A stretch of 64,000 bases of DNA, taken from the NCBI GenBank assembly GCA_021613535.1, contig CP075495.1, positions 14,942,001 through 15,006,000 on the forward strand, written 5' to 3'. This document shows positions 48,429 through 61,373 of this stretch, one piece after another; positions within the stretch are counted from its first letter, which is position 1; each line of letters opens with the position of its first letter. The notes below the pieces were generated by a model that made no database searches, was not told where the DNA came from, and saw only the letters and a list, made by a program, of their open reading frames with translations. The position numbers and the translations under genes are program-made. This DNA comes from Adineta vaga (lineage: Eukaryota; Animalia; Rotifera).

Positions 48429-51400
48429 CTATTTATCAGTTGAATTTGTATCAAAAAGTCCTTTGAGCATTTGTTTTCGTTTAATTGTTACAATATACGC
48501 ACGATTTTCTACAACTTCCGGATGATTTTCTGGTAAAGTTTTTAGTAATTGTTCGACTGATCTTTCTGTTGATGCAATCGCTTCTTCAAATCTTCCTAAA
48601 CCTGTATATGTTGTTGCTATATTAAAATGTGTTACTGCAATTGTCGGATGATTTTCTGGTAGGAGACATTAATTCAATTTCCAAACTTTTCAAATAACAT
48701 GGTAATGCATCTGCATATTGTTCTTGTCGATAATACATCGAACCAATATTATTATAGAGCGAGGCAAATGATGGATGTGTTGCAGGTAAATATTCTAATT
48801 GACAATCTAAAGCACGTTTAAAATGAACAAGTGCGTCACCATATCGATGCATCTTATTATAAATATTTCCAATACTATTATTAAATGACGCAAGTGCTTG
48901 AGGATTTCGAGGTTGAATAAGACGTTGAATTTCCAGGGCTTTACTATAATATTTCAAAGCAATATCGATTTTGTCTTGTAAAAAATACGCATCAGCTAAA
49001 TTATCATATGTTGATGCTAAATCTGGATCATTTGGTTGATTGATTTGTTGAAGAATTTTCAATGCACGTTCAAATGATTTCGCTGCTTCTTGATAATTTT
49101 CTTGTTTTAATTGAACAACACCGATATTATTTGAATACGATGAAATTGCATTTAAATTGGGATTGTGAGCATTGACCTGGACATCCAGCGCTTTTTGATG
49201 ATATTCCATTGCTTTGGAATATTGTTCTTGACGGAAATACATTGAACCAATGTTATTATATGTTGGAGATAATTGCACAGAATCTGGCGGAACAAAACGA
49301 AGAAATGTATCTAATGATAAATGAAATAATTCAACAGCACGTTTATAATCTCCACGTGCATGACATGTTGCACCAAGAAGATGACATGATGCTGCAACTG
49401 AACCTTGAAGATTAGGATCATTTTTTAATGTGTCATCATCAAATATCATTTGAACTAATTGTTCAGCACGTACTTGTTGTCCCATAAGCATCATTAATTT
49501 AATTAAAGTAACAAATGGTGCAGCACCTTTCACTTCAGTTCTTTTAACTTGAAGAATTTGTTGTAAAATTCGTTCATTTTTACTTTCAACTAATGTTAAA
49601 TAAATCGATGCGATATTATTTTCATTTTGATGTTCTTTTTCAATCTGTCTAATACGTCCCATCATACCCATATTCAATAGAACTTCATTTTCATTGCTAA
49701 CAGCATAACGAAGTGAACTTGTATTGGCATATTTAGTATTTGATGTGATATTAAAACGAAGAATAACTGGAATATATTCTTCTGATAATGTCGGAAGATT
49801 TCGTGCAATTTGAATTGCTTTTGAAAGATCAGTTGTACCGAATAGAAATTGACTAAAAACAAGTAAATCAATAGTTGATAAATTCTTTTGTAAATCTTCG
49901 AGATCATTTTGATGAATTGTTTGACCGAGATAGACAATGCAATTCTCGTCCGATGAATTTGATATGGATTCTGTTGAAATTTGATTCGATAAATGTTGAA
50001 TAAATAAACGAAGTTTAAATAAAACATCAGCTTCAGGTACACGAAGAGCTTTATTTAACATCTAAAATGAAAAATTTTCAATTGATGAATTGAATAGTTC
50101 AAAAGAGAATTTACTTTAGAAAGAAAACATTGTCTTGTAAACCACCAAATGGCTCGATTTTGGTCATAATCATTTTCAAATTCATCAATAATTGCTAATT
50201 CTACATCATTTCCTTCATATTCTTGACGAGAAAAATTTATTAATTCTTTCAATGCTAATTCTGTTTCGTCATTATCAAGAATAACTTCACTAATTAATTG
50301 AGAATAAACAAACATTGGATCAGCTACTGACGAAGTTGATGATATATTCATATAAGCTATTAAATCACGTGTAACAATACTAATATCATAAGAAATCTGT
50401 TGATAAATTTCATTAATATCTACATAATAACCTTTAATTTTGGAATTTTTATCTAGATTGTTTTGTTCATTAAGATGATTTTCATTTAAAATATAAATTG
50501 TAAAAACTTGTTGAAGATCTTCAATTCTTGAAAGAATAGAATTACTAAAAGTATCCGATAGAATAAATATTATCTTTTCATTGGATACGCCATTGATAAA
50601 AGCGGTACAATCATCGGTATCATCGAAAATTTTTAAGAAATTTACAAGACTACGAAGATGTTTTATAGTTGATTCATCTGGATAAGTAAAATGTAAATAA
50701 ACTAGAGTAAAATATTCGACATTGCCTTTCTCTCGAGGACCAACACCAACTATTGGTTCAGGACGTTCAACTTGTTGTTCTAAAATTCAATAGTTCATCA
50801 TTATTCATTGAAAAATGAGGTTATCTTTTAACTTACGTCGCATAATTCCAAGTCGTGTAAGTAATGCATGTGTTGCATCATTGACAACTGATAAATTAGG
50901 AGTAGAATTATTACTTAATGCAGACATTTGTTGATTTAATTGATCATTTTGATTTGCATCAACATGTGAGGATAATGAGCGAAGAAATTGTACGGTTCCG
51001 TTTGATTGATTCGTTTCATTCTGATGATGGTGATGTCCATCATTGTCGGAATCAGAATGTGAACCTAAATCAAAATCAAATGAAATTATCTTTGTGAAAA
51101 ATCATCGTGAAAAAACCTTTTTTCTGTAGAATATTTCTAGATTCTGTTTTAGAAACTTTTGCATTGCCAACAGTTTCTTCATGAGTATCTAATGGTGTTT
51201 CATAGGCTGAATCAAGTAATTCGGAAACAGATAACATTGTCGATAATTGTGGAGGACCTAAAACGATACGAAATGATTCTATTTATTGAAGATAATCGAA
51301 TTAAATGCGAACCATAGATTCGTCTTGGTAGTGGTGGTGTTGGTGTAGGTGATTCATGATCAGTTGATGATAGTATTGGTAGAAAATTCGATGAAAAATC

Positions 51401-52952
51401 TTCTGTTTGTTGTGACTTTAGTGGTCGTGTTTCAGATAGTTCCGAAATATCTGCTGGAAAACCTTCACTCACTAAATCAGAAATAGAATGATTGTATTTT
51501 AAAACGAATAAATGAAACTTACAGGTTTTTTCGTGTTCAACTGAAGGAAGTGAAAGTGTCGTTGGTTTCTTTTTCTATTCAAAAAAGAAAAATAGATTTT
51601 CATTGATTTATACAATTTGATAATCAAACTTCAATATTTCGATGATTAGATTGAATATTTGAGATCGATTTTGAATCTATTCAATATCAATGCAATGAAT
51701 TCTTTGTTTTATTTTTGAAATAATATAAGAAATCACGTACCTTCAGTCTTTCGTTGTCGATTATTCAATGAAACAGGTGGTTTCGCTTTACGAGAATTAT
51801 TTGTCAACTATAATCAATACAAAACATTGTTCTATTTCAATTCAAATATTTCATACTTGAATAGTTTGTTTTTCATTTTGATCGACACTTGTCAATGATG
51901 ATGATGATCGTTTCATTTTTGTCGATGAATTTTTTCTTCGTGGTGATAGAGGTGTATCTAATGAACTCTAGAAATATCCTTCAATTAAACTTCATCGATC
52001 AATAAATATCAATACGAACTGATGAACTATTCAGTTGACATCTAAATCAAAGCAAAAACTTATCTTCTGTGAAATTGTTTTTCTTTCTTTATTTACTCGT
52101 GACATGGTTGTGATCCAGTAACACGTTCGATTCGAAAAAGATGATTTTTATCTTTATTAATTAATGCATGTTCACAACAAGCAATCATTCGGTCTTCAAG
52201 TAAATCATTGATAAAAAATTCTAAATGAATTCTTCCATCATTATGATATCGTTTTGATTTGAATGTGAATTGATCTTTAAAATGAAACAGAAAATTCAAT
52301 TGAAAATTTCTAAAATCAGTTCATTACCTCCACGTTTTAAACAACCTTTAAAAACTGTTTTTTCACGTTGAACAATCATTATTTCATCACCATGTTTTTT
52401 TGCTCTTGTACTACGATATGTGATTGTAACTAAAGAACATTCTTTTGATTCACTCGGCTAGAAAATTTACAAATAGAAAATAAAGAATGAAAATTAAGAA
52501 AAAAGTAACAAACTCGATGATGACGATAATATTGAGAAGTACTACCCGATCTGTGTCTTAACTGTTATAGCGAAAACGAAAATTGAATAATAATAATAAT
52601 AAAAGTTTCAAAGAGATTTTTCATACTTGTTCTTCATAATGTTTCGAAGTATCATGTCGATAATGATTATCTCGATTTTGTGAATGTGATCGACTATGTC
52701 GTCGTCGTCGTTCTCGGTCGGAATACTAAATATAAAAATAGTTACGGAAAGAAACAGATTGAAATATTGATTAACTTGAACATCATGAATTAACGAATGA
52801 TAATGTCGTCGAAGTTCATCTTCACGTTGTCTTTCAAGATCAATTGCTCTAAAATTTCGAAAAAAAACCTTTTGAAGTTCTACTTCAATATTTCTAACGT
52901 ACTTTTCAAGTAAATCATTTGCTAATCGACGTCGTAAGAAATAATCCATCAC
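48429..52952 (-). CDS. DUF4590/ERICH3-like + degenerate ART + TPR protein, paralog A; 1-nt frameshift near 48662
   Basis: Phase-consistent chain of about 14 GT-AG exons from ATG 52952 through CSLVTITY..GDEIMIVQ..VFKGCL..FTFKSKR..CCEH..GSQPCHEC, GNVEYF.., MLNKALR..VYLGQ..FLFGTT..ENEVLL, and TPRs (TYNNIG) to TAG 48429. Confidence 0.8.
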
Positions 52953-54264
52953 ACTTTAGATGTATATGTACAATCTATTCATTAGAAAAATTTTCAATCT
53001 ATAAATCAAATGAAACAAAATTTCTTAATCTCAATGAAGACAACAACTATCAAAGGTTTTTTTTCTTCTCTTCTTCTCACTTTCTCTTTCACAGAAATAT
53101 GCACGTTGTCGTACACTCGACCACCTACATTTCTTCTTATTTACTAAACAACATCGAAGAGAAAAAGACTGAGAACAGAACGCAAAAGAAAAACTCGAGA
53201 AAAATGAAGGTTCTCTTTAGATTTTTTTTTCTTCTTCTTTCAAAGCAAATAGTTTTAAAGTTACACAGTTATGCTTGTCTTTTTTCTTCGCTGATTAGGA
53301 TTGTTATTTTCTAGAAAAATAACAGAATAATAAGGGAAAACATGTACAATTATGATGACCTTCAGATATCAGAAAGAAAAACATCGATAAAACTCATGAA
53401 AATATGTTTTGTTGAAAATCAATTTGAGTTTTATTATCACACATCAATATTCATTACTTTACTAATCGATTATATTAAAATATCGGCGAAAATCTAAGAG
53501 AAGATTTTACTTCATCTGAAGTGTCAAACATACAGGTATTTCACAGATACTTGTAAAAGTTGATTTTGTTGTCATGCGCATCCTCGTGATAGATAAAAAA
53601 AACATGCATACTATATTTATTAATATATATTATTATTATTATTATCGTCATCTACCTTTATCATAATAAACAAGGTAAATATGGTTTCATATTTTATTTT
53701 TCCAAATGAATTCTATCACCTAAAATTTACTTGATTAAAATGACATGAGAAGAAACTTTCAAAGAATAGATGAAATTCGAAGAAGAATATTGTCATCATA
53801 TCATGTTATATTCAGAGAAAAAGAAATCAACACGTTGTTTTTCATTAAAATTAATGTATCCTTTCATCTCTTCTTGACTGATTACCTTTTTTATCACTGA
53901 TAAAACACAATCTGTCTACACAAGACTAAATTATATATACTTTGCAAAGATCAATATCACATTGCAAAATATAACTCGATTATAACTCATAGATAGTAAA
54001 AACAGGAGTTCAGGGAAGTTATTTTTTCCCATAAATGGCTTATTAAAAGATACTATTTGTATTCATAAATGTGTATTTAGTGAAGGTTAGCGCAACATAC
54101 AGTGGGGAGATTCTTTTACCGTTCTTATTTCGTGTTGTTATTATTTTTTTTACTAAACACATATCGCACGTTATTTTAGTTAGAAATAGGAAGATAAATA
54201 GAGAAAAAAACGAATCATTATATTGAAATAATCAATAATTTAGATTGAATATCTATTCATTAAT

Positions 54265-55527
54265 ATGTCAACAGAATTATCTAATTGTGAACAATGTTTA
54301 CATCGATATAGTCTCTTTCGACGTCGCGTAAGTTTTTTTGTTTTGTAAAATCAACAAAACTTCGTATGAATTTTTGTGTTTTGTTTAGAAACAATGTTAT
54401 TTATGTGGACAAATCTTCTGTTCCAAATGTATATCTAAACCAATGTCTTCAAATAAGGCACGTGCTTGTACAATTTGTTTATTAATTATTAATGATCGTA
54501 CAACTTGTGAACAATTACGATCAATTCGTGTCAAACATCTTCGTGCCTATTTGATTCATTCGAAAATTGTTACTTCACATCGTTTAGAATTATGTCTGGA
54601 AAAACAAGATTTAATTAATTTAATTCAATTAAGAAGAGAACAAATACCTGAAGAAACTTATGTTTTTGTTGAACGACCTAATGAAGAAATAACAACGATA
54701 AATATCGATGTTGAACAATCGAATCAAGAATCAACACCTGAAAGAAATGAAGAGGTATGAAATCTTGTTATTCCTTTTCTTGTGAAATTCACATCTATTT
54801 TTCGAAGAAAAAGAAGTGGATGGAAGTTTTAAGTCGAGAAATTTCGGATCTCCTCCCTTTTTCAGAAAGAGTCTATTGCAGACACAACTTTATTATAAAC
54901 AAAACTCTATCACGTACACCCAGTTATTGCAAATAGACTATTTAGTGGAATAAAAGCATTGCTTTTCATAAGTTTCTTAATCTCTTCTTTAATTCTTTAG
55001 ATACCAACATCTACACCAATAATAGTGATTCCACCAACTGATGAATCCCAATCAGAACCAGTGAATGAACCACCTCCCGTTCCAATTCCATGTACCTCAA
55101 AGGTTCCTTCTAAACGAAAAACATTGGCTGATGTTCCATCATTGGAATCAATTCATGAATTATCTATTGGAGAATTAAAAGATATTCTAAATCAAAACTT
55201 TGTTTCATATAAAGGATGTGTTGAAAAACAAGAGTTAATTGCTAAACTTAAATTATTACATCAAGATAAACAACAAATACAATCAGATACATCAAGTAAA
55301 ATAATTTCAATTGATTTCTTTTTGTATTGTTTTTCTTTTAAATTGTTTTAGTATCAAATGGGCAATCAGATGAAAATCTTTGTAAAATATGTATGGATGC
55401 AACGATTGACTGTGTTTTTCTTGATTGTGGTCATCTATGTACATGTGTTCAATGTGGAAAACGATTGTCGGAATGTCCACTTTGTCGTTCATATATTATT
55501 CGTGTTGTTCGCGTTTTTAAAAGTTAA
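54265..55527 (+). CDS. RNF34: RNF34/RFFL (CARP)-like FYVE-RING E3 ligase, 4 exons
   Basis: FYVE-like [24 protein letters not shown]; [15 protein letters not shown]; [21 protein letters not shown]; [40 protein letters not shown]. Confidence 0.9.
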
Positions 55528-56171
55528 CAAATTTCTTTTTTCTTCTTTGTCTTTCAATTGAACAAAAATAAATTTCTTTGTTTATTATAAATATAGTAAT
55601 CAGTTAAAATAATTTTCTTATCAATAATCCGAAAGAATTATTAAATGATATTGATATAAATTCTGATATAATCAAGCATTTACTCTTCATTTTCTAGTTG
55701 TCATTAACAACAATACAGTTCGAAGGCCATTTATTCTCTTTCCTTCTTTCCCTCTCTCAATTGCATCAAAACTTGTTTTATTTCTAGCTATATAGCATAA
55801 AAAGAAAAAATCTAAAGAAAAAGAACAGAAACCACTACCCTCATTCTCGTCATTTATTTTTCTTTCTCTATTCTATCAACGTTACAAAAAAAAACATATA
55901 GAGAGGAAGAGAAAAGTAAAAGTGAGCAATACCTTTTTCTTTCACATATGCTTTATCATTTAATAAAAATAATTGAAAGAGACTTTTCTTTCTCTATACA
56001 ATCTACTTGCGTTTAGAATTCGAAATTAAATTTCTACGTTTTTCTTTTTATGGGAAAATATTTGCAATATTAGTCATCAGACATCTTTTCTTATCACTGA
56101 TATTAAAAAACACGTGTAGGCATTTCTTTGCAGTTAGCTGGAAAAAGGAACTTTTTCTTTTTTAGATTTCG

Positions 56172-59100
56172 ATGGATTCTCCATATGAACATCGACATCG
56201 ATATCGACGAAGATATTATCAATCACCACCATCATCATCATCATCTCGAAGTATAATTTCTTCGCGAGATGATGATGATGATCATCATCTTGAACAAGAA
56301 ATTATCGATCGGTAGAGAGAATAATTCTAATCTTTTCAAATCAAATCTTTGTTCTATTTAGAGCATTAGAAATTGAAAGAAGTCGAGAGAGAAATTTACG
56401 TCGTCAATTTGAATATATTGTGCATAATATTAAAGTTAGCTGATTTTCTTCTAGAAATAGATGATTTTGTTGTATTTTTTTAGAAATTAGAAAGACGTCG
56501 TTATCAACGTCATCGTACACGATCACCCACACATTATGAAAGTTCCAATGGACTATTCCATCGACGAAGTTCGAATTCTGTATGAAAATAAATTCTTCTT
56601 TCTTAAAAAATAAAATGAAATCAATTCTTGATTAGTATCGATCTTCATCATCTGAACGTTATTATCTAACGAATGAGTCGAGTTCTTATTCTCGATCACC
56701 ATCGAAATCGAAACAATCTATTCCTTGTCAAATAACAATGATTTATCAAGGTATTGGAAACGACAAACATGGAGATGAAATCATGGTTTTACAAGAAAAT
56801 ATTATCGTATTCAAAGGATTTCTTCGAGCTGATGGTTATATCTTTGCTTATTCTCTATGAATGAAGTTTGCTTTGTTTTTTGTTGAATTTTAGAATCATT
56901 TACATTCAAATTTCAACGTCATCATCGTCGATTGATTGTTAAATTAGAATTTTTTATAAATGAATTATTTGAATGTCGTCTATCGATTAACTGTGAAAAC
57001 CAACAAATCGATGAAGAAAATGATATTTTTCAATTACAACATCTAGAATCAATCAAATTAAATCGAAGGTATTTATTTCACTTGAAAATCTCTCGATTTT
57101 CATTGTTTAAATTGAATTTAGACGTCGAACAGATGATAATGATGATGACGATGATGACGATGATGATAATCAACAACGACAACCAAACGAAATCAAGAAA
57201 TCAATAGAAAAAAATTCCGTTTCAAAATCTCGACAACAACGAACAACAGATATTTGTAAGTTATAGTTGTGATGAATTTACTTTTCTATTTTTGAATGCT
57301 TTAAAGCAATAAATGGAGATAAAAGATCAACAGTAGACAACGATCAACATCGTCATCATCACCACAAATCTTCATCAAATCAAGTAGAGATTCTTATAAA
57401 AGATAAGATATTATCGTTCTATTCATATTTCTTTTCTTTAGACTTCAAAAGATCGAAAACGAATAATAAGAGAAAATTCATATACTAAACAACGATCTCA
57501 TCGTAGTCCTAGTCCAACAAAATCATCTCGTAAGATATACATTTTTCTTTACATACAAGTTCATATGAATACATTTAGCAAAAAAATCAACTCTTCGTCG
57601 TGAACTCTCCAATGGAACTCACGTAACAACATCGAATACTGATAAAAGTTCGTATTGAAATGAATCATCAATTTTTCCTTTAGATAAATTTCTTATTTTA
57701 GAAGCAATGACTCGAAAAGCAACTAGTACAGATGATGATAATGTGAAAACACTCGTGAGACAAGCATATATAGATTGTTTTCTCTGATAAAATTAGTTTG
57801 TGTTTTCAGGTGAACACGACTCCACCCAAACCAAATTATGGTAAATGAATATTTTCCTTGAAAGAAATCATTTCTTCTATGTTTTTCTTTCATTGAATAA
57901 AGGTCCTCCACAATTATCAGCATTTATTCGTTCCAGTTCGGAATCTAATTCTGACGAATTTATAAATTCTGGTCAAGAAAATGGTGAAAAAAAATCTTCA
58001 ATAGAATTAACAAAACCATTGGAATCTTCAACGGAGAAAAAAGATGCTGAAGAAGAAGAAGAAGAAGAAGAGCAAGGTGGAAATGATAGTCCAGGTTTTA
58101 CAGGCTTTCTTCAACTTTTACAAGCGATGTCAGGTGGTGCTATTAGTATTCCATCAAATAATGATGATGGAGATGGTGTTCAAGGATTACTTGCTCGATT
58201 AGGAATTATAACTCGTAAGTTTGATTCAATGGATTCTTTATTTTCATTTGATGAAATTTAGAAACAAATTCTCGAAAAAAACTGGTGAACTTAACACCTC
58301 GACAAGACGGAAATGTGGAAAATTTTCTTCTTGTTTATTTAAATTCATCCAAACCTGATGATTCAATTCAACAACAACTTCGTGGTCTTGTAAATTCTTT
58401 AAAAATCTTCGATGATCCTGATGATTGTATTGCATTTATCAATGCCGTGTCAAATGAAAAGATCATTTTTATTGTTACGGATGCCTTAGGAGATCCTGTT
58501 GTATCACGTATACAAGATCTTCAACAATTATTTGCCATTTATGTTTTATGTCAAACAGATGAACAAACAGAGAATTGGTCAACAAATCAACCAAAAATTC
58601 ATGGAATCTATACAATTATAGATGAAATTCTTGTTAAAATCAAGCAAGATATTGAAAATGATCAAGACAATTCGTTAACATTTACTTGTTCATTATCAAC
58701 AACGAATGTAAAAGAAGAACCATTTTTTCTTATTCATCAAATCATTAAAGAAATTCTTCTCGATCCAGATGAAATGACAGAAGCAAAGAATGAATTGATT
58801 CATTTTTGTCAAATGGAATATCAAGAGAATTCTGAACAATTAAATTATATTGAACAATTTGAAAATCATTATCAGAAAGAAAATGTTTTGAAATTTTATC
58901 AAAAACACCAATTTTTATATAAAGTTTGTTCGATTTTAAAGATTTATTTTGAATATAACTTCATTTCTTTAGATGTTAAATAAAGCTTTTCGAATTCCTG
59001 AAGTTGATATTTTATTTAAACTTCGCTTATTTATTCAAAATCTTCATCAATTTATTATTTCATCCTCAAATAATTTATCGATCAAAACACTTTATCGTTC

Positions 59101-60268
59101 ACAATTAGTTACTGAAGATGAACTTGAAACCTTGAAAAAATGTGTCAATGGTGGTTATATTGCATTTTCTAACTTTTTCTTTGCATCAACCACACGTCCT
59201 ATTGACAAAGAATTGATTCCATTAGAAAATCATGAAGAAATTCTTTTTGAAATCGATGTATTCAATAGTAATAGTTACATGTCAATTGATGAGAATATTT
59301 TAGTCACATTTGGTTTAGTTACACGAATTGAAAGTATTGATAAAGATAAAAATGGAAAAACAATTGTACATTTAAAAACAATTACCGGAGATGATCGACA
59401 ATTCGAAGGACTTCTTGAACCAATGAGAAAAGAAATACGAGCACCACATCCATCACTTCGAATTGTGAAATTATTTATTGAACTTGAACAATATTCACAT
59501 GCTGTTTATCTTGGACAAGTTTTATTAGCGAATTCTCCAAATGCAAAAAGAGATTCATTGTTAGCTTTAGCACGAACCTATCATTCGTTAGGTACGGCAT
59601 TGTATGAAAAAGAAGAATTTGACGATGCATTAGATATTATCAAAAAATCCCATGATATTTATATAAAATTTCTTCCAGAAGATGCACCACAATTATCTCC
59701 AACATGGAATAATTTAGGTTCAATCTATTTACGACAAGGAAATACGGAATTAGCTTTAGAGTATCATCAACGAGCTTTAACTATACAATTGAAATCACCT
59801 AGTCCAGATCTTCCATCGATTATTTCGTATTCCAATAATATTGGAGGAGTTTATTTAAAATTAGAACGATATGATGAAGCACTTGTACATTTTAAACGTG
59901 CCTTACAAATTGAAGAACAAACTTTACCAACAAATCATCCAGAATTAGCTGGAACCTATCATCGAATTGGCGGAGTTTATTTTCGACAAAATAATTATGA
60001 AAAAGCTTTAGAATATTATAATAAAACTTTAGAAATTGAACTTGCTGCTCTACCAGATCATCATCCAACAGTTGCAGTTACTTATCATAATCGTGGTACA
60101 GCTCTTGAAGGTTTAGGAAAGTTAGAAGAAGCTGTTGAAAGTGCAGAAAAAGCTGTTGAACGTCTATTGAAAACTTTACCAAAAGAACATCCACAAGTAC
60201 GAATGAATCAAGCATATGCCGATCGATTAAAACAAAAATTATGGGTTAAACAATTATTTACTTCTTAA
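56172..60268 (+). CDS. DUF4590/ERICH3-like + degenerate ART + TPR protein, paralog B (intact)
   Basis: Phase-consistent chain of about 14 exons: Arg/Ser/His-rich N-terminus, CQITMIYQG..GDEIMVLQ..VFKGFL..FTFKFQRH..RLSINCE, GPPQLS, GNVENF.., MLNKAFR..LYRSQ..FFFAST, TPRs (TWNNLG, YSNNIG). Confidence 0.82.
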
Positions 60269-60567
60269 AAGAATAATCGATTCAAAACTTTACAGTCAAT
60301 TAAACTTTCATTCTTCGTCTTTTTTTTGTCTCCTCAAAAATTCTCCCTCGAAATAAACCAGATTTGTTTTGTTTTTCTTCTACGATAATAAAAAAAAAAG
60401 AAATTTTTAATTCAAATTAAGAAGACGACATATTTTCTTTCGTCCGCCGATATGAAAATGAAAATGAATGTTTATCACCGTCGTTCATTGTTTATCTATC
60501 AATTAAAATAAACACATATGACCGATATATTTATATCGAATATGATCTATATGATTACTCATTGAAA

Positions 60568-61222
60568 ATGAATCGTCGATTATCAAGTACAAATCAATAG
60601 TGTACATTTGTAAACAATGTATTGATTGTTTTCTTTTCTAGGTGTATTGAAAAAATCGTCTTGTTCACGATTTACTAGTATCTTATGTGCTGTATGTTCA
60701 TGTTATCGATCATCTCAATTATTTGCAACAGATTATTGCTGTTCAACTTTAACTAAACATTACAAACGACAAGTGTGCGACTCATGTCTACATCAGCATG
60801 TTCTTTCACAACTCTATTCGTGTTTAACAAGTTCTATTGTTTGTCCAGAATTGCGTTGTGTTGGTAAATTATCTCAATTAGCTATATGTGATATTCTATT
60901 GAAATATAAAAGTCAAGATTTATTGAATGATTATTTACGTGAACAACAATGGGAAGGTAAAAGTGATGAATGGATAAAAAGATTTGCAGCACGTTGTCCA
61001 GGTTGTGATATTCCAATCGAGAAAAATGGCGGATGCGATGAAATGATTTGTATTCGATGTCAAACACATTTTTATTGGTCAAAAGCAAAACGTTATGTAC
61101 ATGAAATGAAAATGTTTGAATATCAATCATTTTTCATTTTACATCCATATATTGGTGGAAGTATTCTTATATTAATACTGCTTGTTTTAATCTTAGCTAC
61201 TGTTATTTACTTTGGAAGCTAA
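60568..61222 (+). CDS. Short RBR-like protein (RING1-like + RING2/Rcat) with C-terminal TM
   Basis: CAVC..VCDSCL..IVCPELRC then RCPGCDIPIEKNGGCDEMICIRCQTHFYW; hydrophobic tail. Short first exon from 60568 inferred. Confidence 0.75.
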
Positions 61223-61373
61223 AATAAAATTTATCATGTATAAAAGATGATTTTGTGATACAAAAGTTTTATTTAATGTAGTGAGAAAGAAGATTAATAA
61301 AACATTTAACAATGCATGTTATTTTGAGTTCGAGGATGTTAAGATAATTTGTTCGGTAATAAGTCAATTGTTC

